Assembly (NCBI GenBank): GCA_022813865.1
Contig: JALDZX010000054.1
Coordinates: 62,001-126,000, forward strand
Source of the DNA: Xylographa opegraphella
Lineage: Eukaryota
Length of the DNA: 64,000 nucleotides
Direction: 5' to 3'
Part shown: positions 37,693 to 52,567 of the stretch, piece by piece
Numbering within the stretch: position 1 is the stretch's first letter
How the letters are laid out: each line of letters starts with the position of its first letter
Program-made: the position numbers and the translations under genes
Notes under the pieces: model-generated
Database searches by the model: none
What the model was told of the DNA's origin: nothing
What the model saw: the letters and a program-made list of their open reading frames with translations, nothing else

Positions 37693-39252
37693 TCATAGGT
37701 ATGTATACTCCGCAGTGTTCCCAGGGCATGCAACGGCAGGCAGGTAGCTATCCACAGTCACACCCTGCATCTTGAAAAAGTGCTGTCGGATGATGCTGAT
37801 CTGCGTGTTGTTCTGCACCGAGTTAAGTGGATTTCCATACTGGAGCTCGTATCCGTCGGTGTGGTTGACGAATATGTTGCAGTTCGGTACATCGTGCATG
37901 AATAGTGACCAGAACAAGTCTCCCACAACAACGGGCTCGGAGGTGTTCTGGCGACCCTCAATGATGGCGTAGAACGATTGCAGAGAAGATGCTTGCGGGT
38001 TGTTTGCAGTCCAGTCATACTCTCCCACGAGGTAGGTCTTGTTGACGCTTTGGACAAGGGCAATATCGTCCATCAGCTTGGTGTTGTTCGGTGGGTAGTA
38101 GTGATCCGAGAATATGTCAATCTGTTCGATGGGCAGGTGAGTTTTGTTGACTCCATAGGTACCATCTACGACAAGCTTCTGGGGCGCCAATTGCTTGATG
38201 AATGCCTGCCAGAGATCAGTATCCGATGGTATCGAGGCTCGACGAATTCTGTCACATACCGCGATCTCCGTGGTCCACTCAACCGGTACATCCTCATCGC
38301 CTGTGAACAGTCAGCAAAACGGACTGACGAGACGATTATAGGAGACGTACCGAATGTTGGTCCACCCATCTCGTTGCCCGTCTCGTACGCAAAGATGGTC
38401 GGGTCTTCGGCATATGTCAGTCCAGTGTACTGGTTGACGTGGAGTAGCAGATGGCTGATGTAGTCTTTCTGGGAGGAAGTCAGTTCATGGCGATTGAATC
38501 CGGGGACGAAGTCGGTTACGTACGAAGTCGTTCACAATCGTGGCATTTGTGTAGAATTCCTGGACAAGGGGGTTGACATGTGACGAATCGCTAGATGTAA
38601 TATTGATTCCTCGGAAGCGGAGGAAATCAAATTTACCACCGTGGTAGTAATCCTACGGATCTTAGACTCCTTATTTTTGGGGGTTTCCGGGAGCTTTACG
38701 TACGTAGTTGTCGACCAAAGGCGCCATAATGCGAATACCATGTTGACGAGCTTGGAATACAGCCCAGTCAATAGTATCGAAAGCTTGCTCGTTGTAGACA
38801 CCCAGTGCTGGCATAACGCTCAGGGGGTTGCCCACAGAAACACCCAAAGTCTGGCTGCGGATCGTGTGGGCGCCCATGGTCTGGAGCGTGTTCATGACCT
38901 CTGTGATACGGCCGAAAGTCGGGTAGCTGGCGTTGAATGGTGCGTAGAAGGGTTGACCGGCGGGCGGGATAACATTCTCATCGAGGCCGAGCCAGTAAAC
39001 GTTCGCGCCACTGGCCGTCCATGGCGCTCCGTCGAGCATGAGCTGGGCACCTTCACGGTAGACATAGGAATTTCTCTCCAGCTGCGTTTCGAGCGGCTCA
39101 ATGAAGGTGTCGAGGATCTGAGTGGTGAACGGGTTCAACCGGTTGCCCTCGGAGGCATTGAGGGCATTCAGTAAGGGCTGGATCAGAGTAATGAAACTCT
39201 GGGGAACCTGAGCGGTTGCCAACGCAGCAAAAGTAAGGATGAGAAGCTTCAT
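37693..39252 (-). CDS. Secreted glycoside hydrolase family 5 (beta-mannanase-like), multi-exon
   Basis: Signal peptide MKLLILTFAALATA; GANVYWLGLDEN, IFAYETGNEM (acid/base Glu), DHYYP, YLVGEYDW (nucleophile Glu). Confidence 0.88.
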
Positions 39253-40631
39253 GATGGATCAGGCAGGTCGTCACGGTAGAAGCAGCGAGCCCAATGAACG
39301 AGGAATGTAGACTACAGGTACAGCGTCTTTTTGGAAATCCTGGGACTGGGCCATGATGATATACTTGGCCCAGCCCCGGCAGTGCTCTGGAAGAGAACAA
39401 CCATGACGAAAGACATCGTCTGTGCATCCACGATCCTTGCATCTAGGCACACAGGTACGGACGATACATGATGAGTAGCCCAATATGGGCACGGAGCCCA
39501 CGGAGAAGCATGGGGGAAGAGTGGGAGGTGGGGGAACGAGTGAAGGATGTGAGGGAAAGGTTTATGAGGGATGTGGGGAAGGGGGGGAGCAAACAGCTCC
39601 GCGTGCGAAAAGTGAAAACCGAGGCTGCGCTAGAGCGCTCGGGGGTTAAGCGTGGAGGAGGGCAAAAAGCCTTGGATGGTCAGAAGGTCACGCTGAACAA
39701 CATTTATCCGGCTCCCGATCAAGGACTGCGGAGTCACACACGTGACACAGTGAAAGAGGTAGCACAGTACCTACCTTAGGCTTGTAGGGAACGGTGACGG
39801 CAACGGCCTCGGGCTCGTTCCTGATCCTCCACGCACGGATCAGCATCGGACGCCCGCTTCTTCCCCGGTAATTCTACAGGACGAGAGCACGTACACAGTC
39901 TACTTGTAGAGTACCTAGTAGTACGGTGAGTACTACCATGTACGTACTAGTAAATACCCAAGGTATCTACCTTACCGTACCTTGTTTCCTTGTTCAACCA
40001 TCCGCCAAGACAAACGAAGCCGCCTTACGCAGAAAGGTACGGGACCTAGACCGAGAAGGTACTAGGCCCTTGGGTAGCAGTACCAATTGTTACGGGGTAC
40101 CCATGTACCTTAGCTCCTTAGCATACACTACCTTGAGGTAACCCACTGCTAAACCTCTCCACTGTGTACGGAGTACGCTACCTTCACCTATCATCATACC
40201 TTTAGCTAGTCATGGCTCTACTGCATACATACGGCGAAACAACATCCGTCGGCACTTGCGCTGGTCGCTATTCTGAGTAGTGGCCATCGTTGAATTGTTT
40301 GTACGATGTGCCTGAATGATGTCAACCGTGCAAGGGGACCAGTGCCAATTCTCCCCCGTTCTCTCCGTGGGCCGAACCCCAAGTCCCGAAGCAAAACCAA
40401 TGTCATGGACAAAGTCGATGCGAAGCTTTCACACTATGGCAGATAATTGTGCGGCGTGTGGAGGAATGGGTAGAATACACATGATATCACATCTGATAGT
40501 GTACATCCCACACTCTTGCCGCCGCTTATGCATGCGCGCCCCTGCCAAAAATGCACCGAGTCGCCATTTTCCGTATGATGTCGCAGATGCAGAATTGCCT
40601 TCGCCAGTATAGGTCTCCCTACCAAACCCAC

Positions 40632-42917
40632 TTACCCCGCAAAGCTTTTGGACGTGCTCTTCGGCTCCTGCTCAACGACCAATCCCACTGCACCATCTAC
40701 ATCGGCGTCGGCGGTCGCTTCCACAACGCGCAGCTTTCGTACACTCGATTTTTCCCCAGCTGGCGCGTCAGACACAGCCGCTGGCAGTTTGCGGCTCCCT
40801 TCGTCTATTATCATGCCACTGGCGTCCCTTGGCTTTCTGGTCCACCCTGTCTTCAAGCCCCGTTGCAACTTGAACCGTGGAAAGATGTGTGCTTCGGTGT
40901 TGATGACAATCGTGTTCAGGGGTAACAGCTCCGCGGGCGAGAAGAGGAGATAGAAGTACTTGAGGGTTTCGGCCAGCCAGAAACTCTCCATGTTGTCCTT
41001 CATCGTGGGTGGGATTTTGTTCGCGTTCGCAAGACTGGTGAAGCCTCCGCCCTCTTCCACCCCTGAATATTCTACAAAGGACTTGAACATTTCCCAGCCC
41101 CATTCTCGATACATGACATCACCGGTGATCCGCCACATGTAAAAGAGACTCTCGACCGTTTCGGGCCGTTGCAAATTGTGCGAATCTTGGCTTTTGATGA
41201 CGTAGTCTTTCCGCCATTTGGTGGAATCATCATGAGAGTTGGAGAAGTCTGTGTCTAAAGAGGAAAGTGGCCCGTGCCTGTACATCTGCGGTGGATCTTT
41301 GATCTCGAAGTGGGTTATCTCGGGTGCTAATCCGGTCGACATGGCTTTGTACATTCCCCAGCATGTCTTGGTCAATTCCTTAGCAAGTTCCATCTCATCT
41401 ACCTGCTTTTGAGTCCAGTTTGCGGATTTCTTGGCTTCTGCCAGTGGCTGTCCTTCCGTTGCTCCGAGAGCTATGGTTCCCGGCATAAAGCAAACCAGAT
41501 GGTCCATCTTCGGGGTCAGTTTGTTCAAAAGACCATCTTGCCGTTCGCCAAGAACAGTGAAGTGAGCACGCTTTGAATATGTGATGAGATGTTTGCGGAC
41601 ACCAGCAAGTGCTTCGTCCCAAAGCTCTAGGTAAACAGGCTCCTCCTTGGAAGTCTGCAGGTATTGCTTGATTAAGTATTCTACACATATATTAGCATCA
41701 ATTCACTCCCTATAGTACTCCCGTTCTTACCATAGTAAGAGTCCCCTCGACTACCAAGTCTGATATTGTAGCCTTGAAAGGTGCCCTGTTCTGCGTGGAT
41801 GAAGATGGGCAAGAGACCATCTGGCATTCCATTGTTATCGATAACCTCAATTACCTTTTCAGCTTTTTGCCAATACAGCTTTTCGCCCATGAGCATGGCG
41901 AGATACTTGAATTCGAGTTGAAGGCTTGCGGCCTCTGCTGTGGACGATGCACCGCCGTCGTCATGAGAAGCCACCCCCTTCATAGTCTTGAGATTCACGC
42001 TTGCGAGCGGCACTCCACTCTGAGTATCGAAAGCACCCAGGAGTCGGTCGGCTAGATCCGCAGCTTTCTCAAGATACAAATCTTCGCCCGGTTTGCCTAT
42101 ATCGTCATCACTCAATGGAGCTAGATGAGGAAACTCTGTCGACAAGTAGTGAGCGGATAGAAGGCCGCCGAGCATTCGAATTGTGGTCTCAAAGGTATTG
42201 ACTTCATGGTCTTGGTTGTAGTCCAGGGAAGTGGAAATCCATTCGCGAGCGTGTGATAATCGAGATGTCAAGTTCATGATCATCAGTGTGTCGAGGGCAT
42301 CAACAATGATCCAGCCCATACCGTTAGGCGTCATCTGCTTGCCTGACCTCGTGATTGGATGGTACTCATCCATTCCTGTGCAGAATTGTATCAGCAAACC
42401 AATACTTGTATAGACAGATGAACAAGTTTATGATTCCGATTTTGGACGAGCAGGATGACATACCCCATGCGTGATTAGCATATCCATCCCAACTGAGCTT
42501 GAAAGCGTCCTTCACAGCCTCCCTGCGCAAGTCCCAATCGGCTGTAGTATCACTTGGCTTCGTCAACCAATTCCAACTCTTTGTAGAATCGCGACCGCCT
42601 TCGACTGGAAATCGTCCGAAAGGCCGGAGATAGGTCCAGAAAATATAAAAATTGAATAGAGACACGGCACCAAAGGCAAGCCAGACACCTGGCCGCTTAA
42701 ACCATGGCGCTTGCCGCCGAGATGCAGCATAGCTATATGGTTTGTCTTTATACATCGGCAAGCTCTTGTTCTCGAATATCCCATTGAGACTATTCCCTAT
42801 GCCGTGGTTGGTATGACCATTTTGATGAATGCGCCCAGCACTTCCCCAGAAGGCGTTCTCATTGGCTCTCTGGTTACTCGCGAAGTTGGGGGCATTATGA
42901 GGTATCGAGAAGGACAT
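40632..42917 (-). CDS. MNS1: ER class I alpha-1,2-mannosidase, GH47 (type II membrane protein)
   Basis: N-terminal TM; DALDTLMIM, FETTIRMLGGLLSAH, GSRGDSYY, RPETVESLF, MESFWLAETLKY, NTEAH. Confidence 0.95.
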
Positions 42918-43483
42918 CTCCTCTGGCCGTTCAGGCGCAAGTTCGAGGAAGGAAATGCTCACGGTCGAGTTTGCAGCTTTTCCTGCTGTTCGACCCTTTG
43001 GCTCCTCATGGACGAATGAAGCACATGTTCCTCCGACATGAGATAACTTGTCTGTGATCTCTATATTGCTCTCTCGCAGCTCCTAGACGATTTGCTAGCT
43101 AGCGGGTGTCTCTTTGAGTCGAATAATGCATAGGAGAAGCATCTGTATGCAAGAGCTACGAGCCACGGCAGCTCTCTTTAGAGCAACGTTGTTATTCGGC
43201 TAGTCCTATGCAAGAGCAGGGGTTGGCGGAGGTCTTCCGAATCAAACAGGAGGGAAAGGCGGGCTCGGCGGGCTCTGCCATGTCTGGCTAAGGTACTTTA
43301 TACAAGCCAGCTGATTATGGAGCATTTGAGGAGCACCTCGTCACTAAGAGCATATCTACCTTTCAATTCAGAAGGCGGTTGAATAAAAACTACTATTGCT
43401 ACAAATATCGCTTCAACAGCGACATCAGATATTACATGAGGATGTCGTGAGCTGAACGCCGGTGCTATGAGTGCAATACAGAC

Positions 43484-44865
43484 CTAGAGTTTCTGATATT
43501 CAAGCTTTCCTTCAAGTTTTTTCGACTCGGCAACTTTGCGAACCGCCTTATTGAAGTCGTCTTGATTTACAAAGTCCCGGTAGTCTTTGATGGCGAACAG
43601 TCCTCTGAGACAAAAGTTTAGCAACAGTCAACCAGTGTTCGAATTATGCGGACTCACGCTTCCGTAACGACATTCCTTAGATCAGCCCCGTTTAGCTGAT
43701 CGCTCATTTTCACAACGCTCTCAAAGTCAATCTCCCCCTCGAGGGCTACACCAGCAGCATGGATCTTCAGAATCTCTAATCGTCCTACTTCATTTGGAAG
43801 GGGAATTTCGATTTTTCTGTCCAGCCGGCCTGCTCGGAGGAGTGCTGGGTCGAGGGTGTCAGGTCGATTCGTAGCCATTATGATCTTTGTCTTTCCTAGA
43901 TAATCAAATCCGTCTAACTGATTAAGAAGCTCCATTAGGGTGCGTTGTATCTCTCGATCGGCAGAAGTTCCCTCCGAGAATCTTCGCCCACCAATGGCAT
44001 CAATCTCGTCCATGAATATTATACATGGCTCGTGCTCCTTCGCATAGCCAAACATTTCCCGGATAAGTCTTGCTGATTCACCAATATATTTGTCGACGAT
44101 GGCTGAAGATACCACTGGAGCAGAAATTATTTAGTGTTTATGAACACGGAGTATGTGCGGAGTAGCCACAAACCTTTCAGAAAGTTTGTCTCCAGACCAC
44201 TCGCCACGGCTCTTGCGAGTAATGTCTTGCCAGTACCCGGTGGACCATATAGCAATACTCCTTTGGGTGGCTTAATACCGACCCGAAGGAAGAGCTCTGG
44301 ATTTTTCAAAGGTAGCTCGATTACCTCTCGTAATTCCCGTATCTGCTCATTGAGACCACCAATACCACCAAAACTGACCTGTCCAGGATCTTCCAAAGAC
44401 ATGTTGTACACAAGAGGGTCCACTTCTCTGGGAAGCATTCGCATGATTGTGAGTGTTGTCATATCGAGCGCGACCCGAGTGCCTTGCTTTAGCTTTGTCT
44501 TGTCGACCTTAGATCTACAGCCAACGACATATCTTGGGCCTGAGGAGGCCTTAACGATGACTAAGTAGAACGGTCAGACTGTCCTCCAGCTGGAGTTCGA
44601 AAATGACTTATAGAAACCGAAAAATGACCCACTAGCGACAAGACTTACATCTCTCTTCATCAAGTTGCTTCAAGACCTCTCCTATAATCTGACCCACACT
44701 CTGTAGCGCCTTGATGTTGTCTTCCGTGGTATCAAAATCCGATTGTAAGCCCTTTATATCTAGCCTTAGTGTCTTAAGCTTTGCTTCCCATTCCCGAGAT
44801 TCCAGTAGCTTCTTCTTGTACTGTTCCAGTGCATCCGCTCTTTCTGGATCTGACGTGCCGTCCAT
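43484..44865 (-). CDS. RPT4: 26S proteasome regulatory AAA-ATPase subunit 10B
   Basis: [62 protein letters not shown]-terminus [11 protein letters not shown]. Confidence 0.97.
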
Positions 44866-45262
44866 GGTACAATATGAAGAGGGAGCCAAGTACAGAATTT
44901 GGATCAGCAAGAATGAAAACGGTTGAACCCGTGTATGAATTCACCTTTCGAGATGTCGTTTGAGGCACTTGTGATGATCGGCAAAATTGTTTTCCTTCAT
45001 GTGTACAAGCTTGGGAGCATAGACAAAAGCACGCTACTCGTCCATAGCTTAAGTCTCGGTCTGTGGAAAAGCTATATATCCGCGGATTCCGCATATCTTG
45101 GCGTGCCCCTCCAAATTGTTGTTAAAGTCAAAAAAGGCGTTGAGCTCACAAAACGCCATCTTTACCATTGTCACCATCCGATACAAACAATTACTGTACA
45201 CGACTACCTATACACCCTCACTACTTCTTATCTTATCTTATAGACTATCACAGAGCCAAAAG

Positions 45263-47043
<1,781 letters not shown>

Positions 47044-47521
47044 TCTGTGGCCCCAAATACAGCTCGTCTGTGGGATACCTTGGTTTGTTGATGGCTTTGA
47101 AGTCCTTCGGGTTTCGAGACAAGCATAAGTCATTAGCTTGGACTTCTTTATTCGTATCCAAAAGCCTGATCGTTTCAGACAAATGCTCAGATTTTGCAGA
47201 GCATAGTAACCGTAGTATCTTATCGTGGTCGTCCGGCATCTAACCCGAATATCTCAAATTAAGCTACATTTCTGCTATTGGCTGGAAATTTCGCTAAAGA
47301 TTACAAACTTGATTGGATCGGAAAATGTCGGCCCGACCACGCCGAACGACAACGGTTACTGCATGCCCGGAGTCCACGTTAAGCGTTGCAAGCCCAGTCA
47401 AAACCAAGGCGTCGTCTGTTTGACGATACAACATAGAATATCCTCTTGTCTAGCTGCTGCTATCTTTCTACAGCAATATTCGCCTTACTGTACACAACAA
47501 TCTATAGTCAATATCAGCACG

Positions 47522-48526
47522 ATGGCTCCTCCAAGCAAGTGGGGTAAGTCACCTTTTCTACTTGCAGAAGTAGTCAGTGTATATGTGCGCGCAGAGGCGC
47601 CCAACTTTGGCTGATTCTCTAAAGACGACGAAGATGACAGCACTCCTCCGTCATCCCCTCCAATCGCTGCAGTCATACCAAGACGGTCGAAGTTTGATGA
47701 TGAAGAGGATGACAGCGATGTGAGTCTAGTCGAATGACTGTCTCAGACATGCCTGCTTACAACGCAGGTACTCGATTCTTGGGACGCGGCAGAAGACTCT
47801 GAGGTCGAGGCTGAAAAAGCTAAGAAGGCCGCGGAAGTAAAAGCAAGGGCAGACGCTGCGGCGGCCGCGAACAAGAAATCAAAAACCCAGCGCATTGATG
47901 ACAAGAAGATGGCTACCACGCAACGCAAATTGGAGGAAGACAGTAGCAGTAGCGAAGAAGACGAGGCCGACAAGCGCGAGCGACTACGAAAGACGGAACA
48001 AGAATCAGATCTCAAGCATGCCGAAGATTTATTTGGTAACATTGGAATCAACAAAACCCGGTCTGCTCCGAAAGCACTTGTAACGGCAGACCCAGCCGAC
48101 CCTACCAAGTCGGTAGATCTCTCAGTACTGCCTCTTTTCAATCCTACAACTAAAGACCAATTTCTGAAACTACGGGAGACTCTGGTGCCCCTTTTAGCGG
48201 ATAATTCCAAGAAAGCGCACTATATTCTATTCATGCAGGAGTTCACCAAACAGATCGTCAAGGACCTTCCAAGCGATCAAATAAAGAAGATTTCAAGTGG
48301 TCTAGCAACATTATCAAATGAGAAGATGAAGGAGGAGAAAGCTGCCGATAAAGGAGGCAAGAAGAGCAAAGCTGCCAAAACCAAAGTTACGCTTTCTGCA
48401 AACCGTGATGTATCAACACGCGCAGACGCCACTCTATATGATGAAGGAGGTTTAGATGAGTATGAAATCCGCTTCAAAGTGACATTTATGACGCTAATTT
48501 TAATTAGCGGCGATGATTTTATGTGA
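47522..48526 (+). CDS. HCR1: Eukaryotic translation initiation factor 3 subunit J
   Basis: MAPPSKW-DDE..., VLDSWDAAEDSEVE, EQESDLKHAEDLFG, C-terminal DDFM. Confidence 0.93.
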
Positions 48527-49279
48527 ACAGTCCTCAACCTACTGACATTGCTTATACCCGCATCAACGCCACAGCCCATCCAGGAACACGAAGCTAAGAC
48601 GTCTCTTACGCAGGCCGCAGCCCCAGTGGCAGGACGAGTCTCAGACTGTTAGCTTCTGTTACTTAAAGCCAGGCCCCGGAACAGTCTAGGAGTCTTCATT
48701 GGCGTAGAGGAAGCCAATGACGAAGGGAAGCTGGTTGTGGCGCTTTTCGCAATCCCTTTCTTGAGTCCCGATTGCGTCTTTGGCCACACCTTAAAGATGA
48801 TGGCATTTACGGGCCAAAAAAATGTTATGTGAGTGGAGGTCAGGGAAAGAAAACATGTTGGCATTGCATAAAGGATGTAGTTCTCGAACTTTTAGTCTAG
48901 CTGAGTAATTTTATCGCAAAATGTTCAGCTCCGCTTCCATCTATGAAAGCTGAGGAACATCAACTTGGGTAGCCCATCGAGGTCGAGTGTCTGTGTTACT
49001 CAATGATATCTTGTGGGGAGATCTACACCGGCGATAGGGGCTTGGGGGCTGCAACTTTGGCAGGGCGTGCTGCCGTGGAAGTAAATCGACATATTGACGC
49101 AAATCGAAAACACCGTTCCACATCTTGATGACTATGATTGCTGAGCCACATCATGGGAATCATTAATGACACTCGGAACTATACTATCTCAATGCCACTG
49201 GTACCAATTACTGATTCCTTATTGTCAACTTTCAACTGTACCCTAAAAGTAGAGCTCTTTCTCCCACGGCCGGGGGCAT

Positions 49280-51990
49280 ATGAGAGACACAGAGAGTAAC
49301 GGGACATATGCCGGCAGTCGGATCGAGAAAAGAGCTGCAAAGTCAGAAAGCAAAGGTCAGAAACTCTTCAGATCACAACAGGCCTCAATTGGTGCTCCAC
49401 AGGCCAATCCGCGGATAGTAGCTGACTCTGCGTGTAACCACAGCTCGCAAGTTCCTACCTCGAACTTTTGGAGTCTGTCAATGCTTTGTCTTCCGTACCG
49501 TCGCTGGTGCTGACAAATGGCTATACAGGGAGTTCTCGTCGAAAGAGCTGCGCACAGTAGGAAACTACACCTTGGGTAAATTGATAGGAAAAGGGTCATT
49601 TGGAAAAGTCTACCTTGCGACTCACAAACTCACAAATGGATCTAAGGTAAGGGATTTGGATCCCCAAAAAGTATACTTTACATCTAACAAATACTCTTAG
49701 GTCGTTCTTAAGTCGGCCAAAAGAGATGATGCCAATCTTGCTCGAGAAATACACCACCATCGGCAATTCCTTCACCCCCACATCGCCCGGCTCTACGAGG
49801 TGATAATCACGGAGACGCTGGTCTGGCTTGTCTTAGAATACTGCCCTGGTATGCGTAGACACATCAATTGACTCTCGTGCGGTTGTTAGTAACATGAGCA
49901 GGGGATGAGCTTTACAACTATCTTCTACGACATGGTCAACTTCCTACAGATAAGGTGCAGAAAATATTCACTCAGCTTGTTGGTGCCGTGTCATATGTCC
50001 ACAACCTATCCTGCGTTCACCGAGATTTGAAGCTGGAAAACATACTCCTCGATAAGAACGAAAATGTAAAACTCTGTGACTTTGGATTCACACGGGAATA
50101 TGAGGCGAAAATCAGTCACCTACAGACTTTCTGCGGCACAGTATGCTACAGCGCTCCAGAGATGCTCAAAGGGGAGAAATATGCGGGCGAGAAAGTCGAT
50201 ATCTGGAGCCTAGGTATTATTTTGTATGCTTTACTAACAGGAGAGCTACCATTTGATGATGACGACGAAATGGTCACGAAACATAAGATCCTCAGCACAG
50301 AGCCTAAGTATCCAGCCACGCTTCCAGCGGATGGTAAAGCATTAATAACTCAGCTGTTATCCAAGAGACCACTCCACCGCCCTACCATGGCCGATGTCCT
50401 TACAAATCCGTTTCTGGCAGCATATGCTCCTGCACAGCAAGCAATCTTGAAGCTATCTCAACCTGCTCCCTTCACGGCATCCCTAGAAAAAGAGACATTG
50501 CAAAGAATGCGCAGCGCGGGCATAGACATCGACAAAGTTATCGAGAATGTGCTAGCGCAGCGTTGTGACCCGCTAGCTGGTTGGTGGGCGCTGTCGCTCG
50601 AGAAAGAAGAACGCAAAGAAAGGCGGAGAGAACAAAAAAGGAAGGAAAGGGACCTCGAAGTGAAAAGTCTGAGGAGAATCAGTGTCGCGAGCAGTCTGCT
50701 CGGCCAGTTGGCACTTCCACTTACAGAGGTGAACGAAGAGTCACAAATGCTGTCAATTGCGGATAAGCCAAGGGGTCGAGGGAGGCGTGAAAGGCGAAGT
50801 TTCCCATCTCGTAAGTGCTCTATCCTAAGCAGGATGTATTGCACTCACATCAAGCAGCTCAGATCGTCCTACCTGAACTACCACGTCTACCTGAAGGGCC
50901 TTCGGTGGAAACTCCTGAATCTACTACACCTCCTCCGCCAGTCGAGAAGGATACTAGTCGATCAGTGAGTTCTTCGAGACATAGACCACCTCTACCCCCG
51001 AAGGACACGCGCCCTTCGCGAGGTAGCACACTTCAGCTTGTAGCAGCAAATCCTGAACTTCTGGCACCTACAAATGGCTTCTCGAGTTCGCGGTCCCACC
51101 GGCGCCATCAGCACCCAATAATGAATCAACTGGCGACCTTAAAACATTGGCTCATGGACTCAGCGAAACGAGCCAAATCCCCCGGAACCAAAAGCGACGC
51201 CTCCACTCTGAAAACACCGCAAAGTAAATCTCCGGCTGAGCCTCGACGATCGCCCGCGGGTGCCGGAACTCGAGAAGGCTCGACCACAACCACAACGCCT
51301 AAGATGCAGACGCCCGCTAACCATATTCCTCGTTCTCGCATGGCGTCCCATAATCGGTCTTCACTATCCCCAGCTCCGCTAACTCCACACTCATCATACC
51401 GTCGATCCTCCGCAGGTCTTCGCGGTCGCAAATCGACCTCCTCATCGGTCTCCTCTATTCGCAGTATCCACCACGTCCACACCCATTCCAAAGCCTCCTC
51501 TACGTCCTCTACCACGAATTCCGTGCACTCCTCTGCCTTGAATCGCGCTTCCCGCTCGCCACACAATTCTGTCAAAGTTCTACCCGCCACCCCCACTGTT
51601 GCTGCATTTCCCTCCAACATCCGTCTCGCCCGCGGCGCGCCTTCACCTGTGTCAACGCACTATAACGAATCCGCCACATTCGGCATCATCCCTTCTTCTC
51701 CCGGTCTAGTATTTGCCAAGCGCAAGAAAACACCATTTCGTGGCCCCATACTGAACATTGGTGGCACCACTGGTGGAAATGCTGCAAGAGGGAAGGACGG
51801 TGGTAACGCGAGCCGCAGTACAAGCGTTACCAGGCGGAGGAGTGGCGAGATCGTCAAGATTGAAGAGGAGGACGAGGATGAAGTCGAGGAGGTGGAAGCC
51901 TTCAGTCCGATCATAGGCGACGCAGACGAGACGATTGTAGAGGGCAGAGAAGAGGGAATGGTCGGGTGGGTGGACTATTCGGGGCACTAG
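49280..51990 (+). CDS. Ser/Thr protein kinase (CAMK/AMPK-related group); start codon uncertain
   Basis: GNYTLGKLIGKGSFGKVYLA, VVLK, HRDLKLENILL, DFGF, CGTVCYSAPE, DIWSLG; long Ser/His-rich tail. Confidence 0.9.
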
Positions 51991-52567
51991 TAGCAGCGAC
52001 TTGTGTAATAGTCGATGATTGGTGGAACCTGCGGCGTTCCGTCCTGGATATATGTCACTAATGTTGTCGCAGATATTAGGCGGTCTTTTCGTTTTGGATA
52101 TTACATAAGTTACCTTGCCAGATATACCCCCTTCGTTGGCGGGTCTTCTTTCTTTGTATTGTACACGTCAGAGCTACTTTCTTTATGTATAGTAGGTCGC
52201 TTACAACATTTATACAGTGGTCGATAATCAGAGGCGGATGAAAAATATTGTTCTGGTATGCAAGTCGCAGTTGTGTGTTCCAGTGGCTCTCTTGCGAGAG
52301 TAATGCTGCGAGCATCCAATAAAGGCTGCCATGCTATACTGTGATCGACTTATGCGCGCTAAGGCCTCGTAATGCTTGATATTGACGTTTCGTCGAGGTA
52401 AGCTAAGGTAGGTGGAAGGACCAGTACATTAGGAAGTGTTAATCACGTAAGCCTCGAATTGTGAAGCAGCAATGCTCGTTATACAATGCCATAATAGCAG
52501 ATGAAGCCATGAAAATAATGACAATAGCTCGATGCAGATGCCGCCACGCGAGACCGGACAAAAGCAT

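Noticed and set aside
37693..42917. GH5 next to GH47 as a mannan-utilisation cluster
   Set aside because: GH47 here is the housekeeping ER N-glycan mannosidase; adjacency to a secreted GH5 gives no evidence of a shared pathway
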